DNA from: Octopus sinensis
Lineage: Eukaryota
DNA length: 64,000 nt
Assembly: GCF_006345805.1 (NCBI RefSeq)
Contig: NC_043003.1
Location: 95,046,001-95,110,000, forward strand
Direction of reading: 5' to 3'
The first letter of the stretch is position 1. The number at the start of each line of letters is the position of its first letter. This document shows, one piece after another, positions 14,372 to 26,024 of this stretch. The notes under the pieces are model-generated. The model worked only from the letters and a program-made list of their open reading frames with translations. It was not told where the DNA came from and made no database searches. The position numbers and the translations under genes are program-made.

Positions 14372-15920
14372 AATAGTATTTAATATGGATTCAGAGAATC
14401 TCCTTTGTAGTATATAATGCATTGGATCAAATTCTCTCATTCCATTATTACACTAAACTACCCAATGATCTAAATATGTCTTTTAGCATACTACAGTCTC
14501 TCATAACCATTATATATATATATATATATCGTGTGTGTGTGTAAAGTTATATATTATTGCCTGTGGAAGCAGAATTCTACTCTAATTATTTTTCTTTCAT
14601 TTAATACTTAGTAATTTAGAATAATATTCTGATTAGTGAAACTCTTGATAAAATTTTATCAAATTTTGCACTCTTTCTATTTTTAAAGAAGAAAAAAAAA
14701 CGTTTCTGTAACTGACCTCTCCACTTCTGAAAAACTTGTCATAAAAATGATGGAACTATGGTTATTGTATTTTTATAAATTAACTGGAGGAGGAACAGGG
14801 CTCATTATCTTTTCAGTAGTCTCCACCTCCTTGATTCAGGAGGTTAGTGCCACTAATACTTAGCATGAATCTATGCAAGAAAAGCACATGTGACTGAGAA
14901 AATTTCAGAAGGTTATTGTGAGTGAAGTGTTTAGTATAGAGTCTTAAGGTGATAGATGGAGAGGATATGCAGTTAACTAGTTCAAAAGTAATCATAGTGA
15001 CAGAAACAGCAAAGAGAAGAGTAGTCTATGAGCCAGTTATTTCAATGTATCGGTGAGTGAATATTTGCCAGTTAGATCTACTGGTTCCCCCTAACAAAAT
15101 ACCAGGTGTTCTCATCAAATGTGACATATTTTGGCAAAGTCTAGACACTTTATTAATGAGATAACAAAATATTTTTTTTCTTTTTACATCACAGTGTTGA
15201 ACAAGTTTGAAAATAATGGAAGCCATCTAAATCTGAATAACACTTTAGCATTTAAACTAGCCATATCCGACCAAAATATTCTGTTTTATGTTCAAAATGG
15301 TTTCATTTGGCTTCTTACACCTACCCGACACTGTCATTCTAAAAATAAGCAATCACATCACCAAAATCTCAAAACTATGAAATAATGCATGATTAATTCA
15401 AAATGATCTGAAAGCTTGTCTACCACCTCCACCCTCAGTCCTTGCAGGTTGCTCTAAATTTTACAAAGTTATCTTCGTTGATGCTTTATATCATAGGTAT
15501 TCTGTAGGAATATTTAATATATATATATATAAAAGAATAATATCAATCTTATCTAGTGGCCATCATGGGAATAAATACCATACAAAGGTAATAATTATTT
15601 AAACTATAAATTAGGGTATCTGAGAGATACCACCATGCTGAAATAGCAGTCAAAATCCTGACCCTAAAACCACCTTAAATGTTCATATCGTGCCAGGAGA
15701 GAAGACGGAAAGGTAAAATAAACTAGCAAAAAAGATTTTACTGGATAATTCAAGATCCTGAATTTCTGACTTTGCTTCAGAGAAGCTCTGCCTTCTTCAG
15801 TTGAATATACCAGAAAGCAAATAAATACGGATACATATATATACAGAACATATGTTATACTTACATATACAAATGCTTATACATACATATATATGCACAT
15901 ATGTACAAGACCAGCCTAAA

Positions 15921-15932
15921 TTTCCCGCCAAA
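15921..15932. promoter_or_regulatory. E2F-type binding motif TTTCCCGCCAAA
   Basis: Exact match to the TTTSSCGC consensus inside a CpG-retaining segment. Function untested. Confidence 0.35.
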
Positions 15933-17042
15933 CATCTCCAAGCGTGATATGGTCAAAATAAACACCGCAAAATAAGCACCAAGAGAGAAGACAAAGAGAC
16001 AAAATAAACTAGCAAAAAAAATTACTGGATAATTCCAGATACCGGATAATTTTATTTATATATATATATAAATCAAACCTTGAGGTTTTTTTTTTTATGA
16101 GAATTTTATTGGTCTTTAATTCTTCCTCTTTATTCAGCAGGACACTTATATGCGAAAAAATGACTGCAAGTGATGTATTCATTAATATTTTATCAATGCA
16201 ATTTTTTATTGTTATTATCATCATTATTATTATTATTATTTGTGTTTTCCAACTTGTTGGCAATTTTATAAATACTCAAAATGAAGTCAGCAAAAAAATT
16301 TACAGTTTCAATATTGTTTAAATTGTACTATGCAGGAAAATATATATACACAAGTGAACTTTTCATATATGATACTATTCAATATTTCTTCTGTTTTTAC
16401 AGACTTTGTAAAAAAAAAAGTAGCCACTATGAATGCTTCAATTTTGAAAGCGTCTTAATGTTATAGTTACACATATTTGTTTATTTTGTATTCAAAATTA
16501 GGTTAACATTAAATTTTTTGTTTGTAGAAATTACCAGTACATAAATACAATTTGCATGCGATTTAATTTTGTTTTTTGTTTTTTTTTTTTGTTTTTTTAA
16601 AAAAAAAAGAAAACAAAAAATGGTTTTGAGCAATTTCTATAAAGAAACCACAACATAAAAATACTGGCAATTATCTTCAGAAGAAAAAAAATCAGATTCC
16701 TTACAAAGTCAACTATTTTGTACCTGCCTTTCAGTTTCCTGTAACGCAGTTGCTTCTTCCCAAACTAGCATGTTATATTACAAATATCATTGTTTTGTTT
16801 TTTTACAAAATTTACTCTTATCAATAAATATCACCACAAGCCTCCTCAAATTCTGGTGTTTATTTGTGATATAGTGAAGTTATAAGACTAGTATTGTATC
16901 TCTTTAATTTCTATCTACCCACCATTTAACCAAAATCTCTCATCTTCTGTCTTTGTTGGTGTCATCCTTTTGAGTCTCCGTATGGTATTGTTTTGTCATG
17001 TGATGTTGCTTGTTTGTTGTTGTTGCAGTGACATCTGTCTTC

Positions 17043-17189
17043 ATGATGCTATCGACGCTCGCAAACACAGCTAGCCCGATTCTGTTGCTGTTGAGTGCTA
17101 TTACCATCATCTCCCCTAGCTGTTACTTTTACTGGGCGGTCAGCAAAGAAGGCCGCACCAAGGAAGGACAGGGCTATCACCGATTCCAG
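17043..17189 (+). CDS. Candidate first coding exon, unknown protein with a hydrophobic N-terminus (MMLSTLANTASPILLLLSAITIISPSCYFYWAVSKEGRTKEGQGYHRFQ)
   Basis: ATG at 17043, 49 open codons, donor CAG|GTACAG at 17190, possible acceptor TTGCAG at 17028, CpGs retained, non-repetitive. No homolog recognised. Confidence 0.35.
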
Positions 17190-17892
17190 GTACAGTATAA
17201 GAACCCCTCATTAAGCCACCATCTTCTGCACTATAGCTCTTTCAGTTTGTTTGTTTTTCTTTTTTTTTCTTTTTTTACCCAGCATGCTGTATCTGCATTC
17301 CTTGCTCTTTCTCACCAAACTTACTTTGGAAGGTTTTTAGCATTTACGTACCTTATTATCATCTCAAGGTGTTCTCTTCAAATACCTTGTGACGTTTCTG
17401 AGTATAACATTAATTAAATGGTGAAATGTATCTTAATTAACAATGACAATTAAGCCATTCTGAAGTCAGCCAGTTCCTAGCTCAAGGCTCAACTAAACGT
17501 ACCCTTTAAAAGGCATTACATTATATCTTGCTAATCAGGTAGAAATCATATCGCTCATATCTAATCAATTAGACATATACTTTTGTATCTATGAAACTCT
17601 GAGTTATGGCCATATACATCATTGTCTTGATTAAATGATGAATTTGCACTATTATAAACACATAATTATAAACATTAAAACATTAATCAAACTTTATTGC
17701 CTTGTAGCTTCATACTTCTGTTTCTGTCACATAAATTAAGGTATGTTCTCATTAAAAATTATTGGAGATGTTTTTATTATCTCCATCTTTATATTAGTTT
17801 TATCAATCTTCATTAACAAGCTGATAGCCATTATTCTAAAACTAATCTAGATATTTAGGTTTCTTAGATCTTGAAAACACTTCTTTAAAATT

Positions 17893-18515
17893 TAGCGTAG
17901 GCGCAGAATTTTCTGTATGGTAATTAGCTTGCTTACCAACCACATGGTTCCAGCTTCAGTCCCACTGTGTGGCACCTTGGGCAACTGTCTTTTACTATAG
18001 CCTTGGGCCAACCAAACCCTTGTGGGTGGTGAGCTGGCAGAAACGTTAGCACGCCAGGTGAAATGCTTAGCGGTATTTCGTCTGCCGCTACATTCTGAGT
18101 TCAAATTCCGCCGAAGTCGACTTTGCTTTTCATCCTTTCGGGGTCAATGAAATAAATGCCAGTTACACACTGGGATCGATATAATCAACTTAATACCTTT
18201 GTCTGTCCTTGTTTGTCCCTTCTGTGTGTAGCCCCTTGTGGGCAGTAAAGAAATAAGAAACCCTTGTGAGTGGATCTGGTAGACGGAATCTGAAAGAAAC
18301 CCGTCATATATATACATGTATATGTTTGTGTGTTTGTGTTTGTCCCCCCACCTTCGCTTGACTACCGATGTTGGTGTGTTTACGACCCCGTAACTTAACA
18401 GTTTGGCAAAAGAAACTGTTAGAATAAGTACTTATTACAAAGAATAAGTCCTGGGGTTGATTTGTTTGGTTAAAGGTGGTACTCCAGCAAATGACTGAAA
18501 TAAATAAAAGAATCT
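17893..18515 (+). mobile_element. SINE family A interrupted by a family B copy
   Basis: The two halves of A flank the B insert. Confidence 0.88.
18025..18257 (+). mobile_element. SINE family B nested in SINE A
   Basis: 11-bp target-site duplication aaacccttgtg at 18014-18024 and 18258-18268. Confidence 0.9.
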
Positions 18516-18635
18516 AGGTTTTAACATCTTACAACACAATCTCAATGTGATAGGTAATAGTTGTAGTGATCTCAGTATTCTAAACAAGTTTACTTTTTCA
18601 TTCTTCTGAACTGATAGTATAAATACCAGCAACAT

Positions 18636-19115
18636 GAATCGAAATCAAATCCGATGACTGGCATCCATGCTACTGGAGCGCTACGAGTACCATATGAGCG
18701 TGATCGTTGCCAGAGCAACAAGCTGGCCTCCATGCCAGTGGCACGTAAAAATCACCATTCGAGCGTGATTGTTACCTGCATTGCCTTACTGGCATCTGTG
18801 CTGGTGGCACGTGAAAAAACATTCAAGCGAGGTCGTTGCCAGTGCCGCTGGACTGGCTCTTGTGCAGGTGGCATATAAAAAGCACCATTTGAGTGTTGCT
18901 GTTGCCAGTACCGCCCGACTGGCCCTTGTGCCGGTGGCATGTAAAAGCACCCACTACACTCTCGGAGTGGTTGGCATTAGGAAGGGCATCCAGCTATAGA
19001 AACTCTGCCAGATCAGATTGGAGTCTGGTGCAGCCATCTGGTTCGCCAGACCTCAGTCAAATCTTCCAAGCCATGTTAGCATGGAAAGCGGACGTTAAAC
19101 GATGATGATGATGAT
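18636..19115 (+). mobile_element. RTE-LINE 3' UTR copy with four tandem units of about 65 bp and a (GAT)n tail
   Basis: Units start at 18690, 18755, 18819 and 18885. The end catggaaagcggacgttaaacgatgatgat matches the tail attached to the RTE ORF at 5905-6490. Confidence 0.8.
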
Positions 19116-19137
19116 TACTTTTAAATCACTTATTTGC

Positions 19138-19335
19138 TCATCATCATCATCGTTGTCGTCAATATTTTAATGTCCACCCTCCATGCTTCCATAGGTTGGA
19201 TGGTTTCATAGCATCCAAGAGAGTCAAGGACTTGTACTCCAGGGTTTGCTTTGGTGTTGTTTCTTTGGCTAGATACCCTTCTTAATACCAACCACTTTAC
19301 CGAGCATACTGACAGCTTTTGTGTGTGTGGGGGTG
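19138..19335 (-). mobile_element. RTE 3' UTR fragment, tail-to-tail with the previous copy
   Basis: catcatcat...tttaatgtccaccctccatgct matches the reverse complement of the tail. Confidence 0.7.
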
Positions 19336-20727
19336 GGGTAGCACCCAATACGAGTGAGAGAGTACCATACAGCTCACTTAACTAAAATCCCTTTTGGCTA
19401 AGTGGGATTACAGCCAAGAGGGAGGCAATTTCATGCTCTTCTCTTATGATAATTAGCTCAAAAGGAAATCATTTTATTAAGCACATTATTTAATGTAGCA
19501 GCTGCTTATTCAGAAGTTTGAGAGTTTTTGACATCAATTCCTAATTGTTACTACTTCATTTTTTATTAATTAGTGCCCATTAAAATGCTATGAATATCAC
19601 ATCTTCCCAGTTTCATCTAATTCCTCTCCACTTCATACCTTAAGCAATGAAAATGACTCTGCAAAGGGAAAAACAAAGTGCTTTTGTTCTATTTTGTTTC
19701 ATGAGGCATTTCTGAGTTTCTGATTAGCCACTTTCATTACCCCAAAGTCAATAAAATTTTAGTCAATGTCATTATCCCAAGGTCAGTAAAATACCATTCA
19801 AGTACTTTAATTTAATATAATCCATTAAACCCTTTCCAGAATTTGTAGCCTTTACACTAAAGTACTAGTGGAATGGGTTAAAGTTTCAGACAAGATTCCT
19901 TGTGTTTTTTTTTTTTACCAGATTTTAAGTTCTGAGTTCAAATTGTTCCAAGAATAACTTAGCCATTCATCCTTTTGAAGTTGATAAAGTAAAGTACCAA
20001 TCTAGTGTTAGGTTGGTGTAATCAACCAGTTTATTCCTTACAAATTTAAGCCTTGTGCTTACATTATAAATAATTGTTATTATCATTATCATCATTATTG
20101 ATATTATCTGGGCAGTGAATTGGTAGAATTGTTAGAGCACGAAATAAAATGCTTTGCAGTATTTCTTTTAGCTTTTTATATTCTAGTTTCAAAACTCACT
20201 GAGGTCAACTTTGCCTTTCATCTTTTTGGGTTCGATAAAATAGAAGTACCAGTTAGATACTGCTGTTGATGATATTGACTAACCCACCACCCTAAAAACT
20301 TTGCTGGCTTTGTGCTTAAATCACAAACCATTATTATTATGTTGTTGTATTTAGGAATGGTCATGTTGCCAGTTTAGCAACATTATTATTATTATTATTA
20401 TTATTATCATCATCATTATCCAGGCAGTGAGCTGGGAGAATCATTAATATGCTAGGCAAAAGGCTTAGTGGCATTTCGTCCGACTGCACATTGAGTTCAA
20501 ATTCCTCCAAGGTCATCTTTGCATTTCATCCTTTCAGGGTTGATAAATTAAGTACCAATGAAACACTGGGGTCAATGTAATCAACTAATCATCTCCCCAA
20601 AATTTCATGTCTTGTGCCTTTAGTAGAAAGGATTATCATCATCGTCATTAAGGCAGCAAGCTGGCAGAATCATTATTGTGCCAGACAAAATGCTAAGCAG
20701 GATTTCTTCTGACTTTACAGTCTGAGT

Positions 20728-21498
20728 GAAGGTGCATAGCTCAGTGGTTAGAGTGTCGAGCTTACGGTTGTGAGCTCAAATCTCGGACTGGGCTTCGTGT
20801 TGTGTTAAATTAAGTTAAGTTAAGTTAATTTTTTGGCTCAAAAAGCAAAAAGCAAGGCCATGTAGGGGGACATGGAGTCATGTACAGGGTGGTGTTCATG
20901 CAAAGAGTTCAGGCCATTTGTGGTCAAGGGAGACTTTGAACCGAGTGGTCGTCGGCATCTTCACTATCTCGTCCAGCATCTTATTCCACGGAGAAAGCCC
21001 CTGTCCTTCGATTGAGATGAAATCGTCACAGATAGAGCTTTTCGGAGTGACCCCGCAGCCGACGTTCTGGAGCAGGAGTGAAGAACAGCTCTTTTGAGAG
21101 GTTACACTTTCCGCTTATGATGTTGTGAGCAAGAATGAGATCACCACGGCGGCGGCGTTTTTCTAGAGAATAAAGGTCGAGCGTCTTCAGCCTTTCTTCA
21201 CAAGACAAATGCTTGAGACCAAGAACCATGCAGGTAGCCATCTTGTTCTTGAGCAAGACGCTTTATTTCACATTGCTCCAGTTCACTCAGCTGTAGAAAT
21301 GAGTTGCGACGTCACTGGTGCCAAGCTGCATTGGCCTTTGCCTTTCCCTTGGATAACACTAGTGGTGTGGAGAGGGGACGCCGGTATGCATAGGCGACTG
21401 CTGGTCTTCTATAAACAACTTTGCCCAGACTTGTGCCTGGGAGGGTAACTTTCTAGATGCAATCCCAGGGTCAGTGTCATAACCGAAGGGGGTCTCAG
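20728..21498 (+). mobile_element. tRNA-derived SINE family D (V-domain-like) inserted in a B SINE and itself split by a LINE
   Basis: Head ggtgcatagctcagtggttagagtgtcg, core cttgagcaagacgctttatttcac. TSD acagtctgagt at 20717-20727 and 21499-21509. Uninterrupted copy at 55305-55640. Confidence 0.82.
20805..21241 (-). mobile_element. 5'-truncated CR1/L2-type LINE with (TTAAC)n tail
   Basis: GLKHLSCEERLKTLDLYSLEKRRRRGDLILAHNII...RGHSEKL is the typical CR1-group ORF2 C-terminus. CpG-rich, so probably young. Confidence 0.85.
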
Positions 21499-22462
21499 AC
21501 AGTCTGAGTTGAAATACTGCTGAGGTCAATTTTGCTTTTAATCCTTTCAGGATTGATAGAATAAAGTACAGGTCAGGTACTGGGGTCACTGTAACCCCAT
21601 AAAATTGCTGGCCTTCTACTAAAATTTGAAACACCATCTTTATTATTGTAATTATTATTAAGGCAGTGAGCTAGCAGGTCATTAACACACTGGACGAAAT
21701 TTTCATCCATCTCTACATTCTAGGTTCAAATTCCACTGAGATGATTTTTGCCTTTCATCCCTTCAGGGACGATAAAATAAGTACCAGTTGACCACTCCAT
21801 TTCCAATATTGCTGGCCTTGTACCATCATCATCATTATTATCGTTATATCTGACATACTCAGTTAGTTGGTAGAGCTATCATTAACGTAGTTGGTCTACT
21901 TCCCATTAAGTAAGGCTTTCACAGAGACTCCTTGCACTTCCAAATAATACTGTATTCTGGATGTGCTCTATTTTCTTTTCTTTTCTTTTTTTTTGTCTGT
22001 CTTTTCTGACCACTTTTCAATTTCTTTGCTCCACCATTATTTATTGACTCATTGTACACATTTTTGCTTTGTACATTGTATCTAGAGCACCAACAATTAT
22101 TGGCACATTATATACCATTTTCTTCCTTTGCTCACTATACCAAAGGCACCATTAGTTACTGGCACAATAAGCACCTTTTAGTTTCATTATTATTTATATT
22201 ATTATTAATTATTATTATTATTATTAAGGCAACCAGCTGGCAGAATTTTTGGCACACTGGACAAAATTCTTAATGCCTTTTTGTCTGTCTTCATGTTCTG
22301 AGTTCAAATTCTGCCGTGGTCAACTTTGTCCTTAGTTCTTTTGAGGGTTGATATGATAAATATGAGTCAAGTACTGGGGCCAAAGTAATCAAGTAGCACC
22401 TCTCACCCCAAATTTTCAGGCCTTGTACCTGTAGTAGAAAGGAGAATGATGATGATGATGAT

Positions 22463-22841
22463 TACTCTTTTACTTGTTTCAAGCCATATGACTGCGGCCA
22501 TGCTGGAGCACCACCTTTAGTCGAGCAAATCAACCTCGGGACTTATTCTTTGAAAGCCTAGTACTTATTCTGTCAGTCTCTTTTCCTGAACCACTAAGTT
22601 ACGGGGACGTAGACACACCACCATCGGTGGTCAAGCGATGTTGGAGGGACAAACATATGCACACGCATACATACATATATACGACGGGCTTCTTTCAGTT
22701 TCCATCTACCAAATCCACTCACAAGGCTTTGGTCGGCCCGAAGCTATAGTAGAAGACACTTGCCCAAGGTGCAATGCAGTGGGACTGAACCCGGAACCAT
22801 GTGGTTGGTAAACAAGCTACTTACCACACAGCCACTCCTGC

Positions 22842-22842
<1 letters not shown>
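22463..22842 (-). mobile_element. SINE family A
   Basis: Full length. Confidence 0.9.
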
Positions 22843-22876
<34 letters not shown>

Positions 22877-24958
22877 GCAAAAGCAGTGAGCTGCAGAATC
22901 GTTAGCATGGCAAGCTAAATGCTTAGGGGTATTTCGTTTGTTGCTACATTCTGAGTTCAACAAATACCACCGAGATCAACTTTGTCTTTCAACCTTTCGA
23001 GGTTGATAAATTAAGTACCAGTAAAACACTGGGGTCAATGTAATCAACTATACCTCTCCCCTAAATTTCAGGCCATGTGCCTATAGTAAAAAGGATCATT
23101 ATTATTATGTTCTGAGTTCAAATTCCGCCGAGGTCAACTTTGCCTTTCATCCTTTCGGGGTCGATAAATAAAGTACCAGTTTCCCACTGGGCTTGATGTA
23201 ATCGACTTAATCCTTTTGTCTGTTCTTGTTTGTCCCCTCTATGTTTAGCCCCTTGTGGACAGTAAAGAAATACATTATTATTATTATTATTAAGGTGGTA
23301 AGCAGGCAGAACTGTTAGTACACCAGACAAAATACTTAACAACATTTTGTTCTTCATGACATTCTGTGTTCAAACTCTGCGAAAGTTGACTTTGCCTTTC
23401 ATTCTTTTGGGGTCAATGAAATCAACTAGCTCCTTTTCCACAAGATTTCAAGCCTTGTGCATGTAGTAGAATGAATTTGGTTGATGGAAACTGAAAGAAG
23501 CCCATCATTTGATGTATATGTGCATGCACACACACATAAACATGTGTGTGTTTGTTTGCATTTGCGCTGTACAAAAGTTGCACTTTCCCTGTCAACAAAT
23601 TGTCCATTCACTTTATACCTTCAAAGACATGTGAAATATGATATCTCTTACTTGAAAAGCAAGCAGGTGTGGATTAATTACAGAAAGAGTATCCAACTTC
23701 AGAACGATGCCTCAGTGAGATATTTGTCTAACACATACTAGCATGGTAAAACAAACAAAAACAGACCAAGTTGTAGGCACACATGCTGGCTGGGTGGGGC
23801 TAATATTTTATATTTGATAATATGCTTTGTTATTTTAATCACTCAATAGTTAGGAAGGCACTTTTAGATGCTTCTTTCTATATCTAAATCCTTACTTTGC
23901 ACTTTGCATGGTATTAAGAAATTCTTAAAGCAAGGCAGTCAGCTGGCAGAATCGTTAGCATGCCAGACAAAATGTTTAGCAGCATTTTGTCCATCTTTAT
24001 TTTTCTGAGTTCAAATTCTTCCAAAGTCAACGTTGCCTTTCATTCTTTCGGGATAGATTAAATAAGTACCAGTTGAGCACTGGGGTCAGTGTAACCATCT
24101 AACCTTCCCCCAAAAAAGATTTCAGGGCTTATTCCTGTTGTAGAAAGGATTATGAGATTGTTAAATATACTTGAGATTAACAACTGAAAATTAAAAAACA
24201 AAAGCTAGAGAGGAAAAGGGAGAAAATTGTTGAAGTCTTTTATAACTATTTCATTAAACACACTTTCTACTATTCTTTGGTGCCTTCAACTACTGGATAT
24301 GGTTAAAAAGAGATGATGAGCAATGGCTAGAAGAATACTGATTGAAGCCTAATAGCCAATTGATCCAGCAAATAGGATATCATCTTAGTGTGCAATAATA
24401 ACTGTTGAGAGGAAGGCCCTGAGTTGGTGCACATTCTCTCCTGATGACCCCTATAAACCTGCTGGTATTTGATATGTGGAACTTTCAACTGATAGCACTT
24501 GTATCAGTAAGTTTGCAAATAAAGTCTACAGAAATAGTATGAATACCTCAGGTGTAATAGAATTTGTTATCATTTTAAAGCCAAGTATTATAATTCAGCT
24601 TATCCTGACCTGCTAAAAATGTTTTTTTACTCCCAGATTCACTATTGACTGTTTATTTGTTCCTTCTCTTTACTCCTACCATACCTCTGCCGTATACTGA
24701 TTAATACTGCTCAATCAGACAACCAAACATAGCTTCAATTAATGATGTTAATATCATTAGCATAATTGTTTTAAATTTGTTGTTAATAAGTTGAAAATCG
24801 AAACTTGATTCAGTGAAAGGTTAAAATGATTAAAATGGTGTTTCAGGGAGTTCATTACTGTCAGAAAATGTCTTCTCAAACTAGTGGTTATGTCACTGTA
24901 ATTAGCTACGTAGATTTTGTAATTAAATTGAATGAGTTTAAATCATTAACAACATCAT

Positions 24959-24995
<37 letters not shown>

Positions 24996-25804
24996 CATTT
25001 AATTAAGGCCATTGTCAAGATACATTAACCTTTTGTGTGATAAAACTTAACTGAGTTATCATTTTGCATTCCATTTTTTTAAATATTACCATTACAAAGA
25101 GCCAGGTTCTGAATAATCCAAAGCAAACATTTACAGTTTCAAATCCAAATTCCTCTTGTATATACTAGAGAAAATGTCATAAAATGTCTTTGATTCCACA
25201 GTCTTCTGTGTTGAAACCCTATCAGGCTTGATTTTTTCCTTTTACATATTTCAGATAAATATGAAACATATGTTAGGGTTCAGGCCAACCAATTATACTT
25301 CCCATTACATGTTTAGAACCCTTTATCAGTATAACTGTATTATTATTATCATTATAATTATTATTATTATTGTTATTGTTATTATTAGAATGGTTGGTGT
25401 AGGGGAATGCTCAGGGTTATCTGCTGCGTGAGAACTTAATAGCAATGTAGGTACTTGTATACTTCATGTAGTGAGCCTAGAAATTTTATTTAATTGAAAT
25501 TATACCCTTCGTGATGAGAATATTCATTATGATAATGATTATTATCATGTAATTTTAATGCACCACATCAAGTATGTTAGTATTGACCTTTACTGTTATT
25601 AATAACAATGTTTGTGTGGTTATGAAGTTCATTTTGTAATCATTTGGTTCCTGGTTTGATCTCGTATTAGCAACAATGCAGGATATGGTGTTATAAGGAA
25701 ATGACTATATTACCACAGAGATATAAGAAAATTTCTACAATTTGAATTTTGTCCGATAGAATTGCCAAAAAGATATCAAATAAAAAAAATTCTTAAATTT
25801 TTAA

Positions 25805-26024
25805 CCCTTTTGCATTTAAACAAGTCATATCTAGCCAAAATATTCTACCCATTTTATGTACAAAGTAGCCAGGTCTGGTCTCTCACACCAACCCTATAAT
25901 GTCATTCTAAAAATTAAGAGTTACCTCATTAAGATTACAAAGGTACAAGATAATGCATGATTAATTCAAATCAGTATGAATAAATTAGCATTCCTTTTTA
26001 AAGAATAATGTAAATGCTAAAGGC
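25805..26024. mobile_element. TTAA-flanked MITE, family 2
   Basis: TTAA|CCCTTTTGCATTTA ... TAAATGCTAAAGGC|TTAA. Confidence 0.72.

Larger units (their letters stand above)
19925..24152 (+). mobile_element. Array of about 10 same-orientation family B SINEs (mostly B2 tail) separated by (ATT)n/(ATC)n tails
   Basis: Copies start near 19925, 20110, 20421, 20651, 21661, 22226, 22879, 23108, 23293 and 23933. Confidence 0.8.

Noticed and set aside
14940-15052. Plus-strand exon SLKVIDGEDMQLTSSKVIIVTETAKRRVVYEPVISMYR ending at CG|GTGAGT
   Set aside because: The donor is good but the acceptor is weak, no homology was recognised, and it could not be linked to other exons.
18690-18950. CRISPR-like array
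   Set aside because: Units are contiguous tandem repeats with no unique spacers, sit in a LINE UTR, and no cas genes are present in this eukaryotic sequence.
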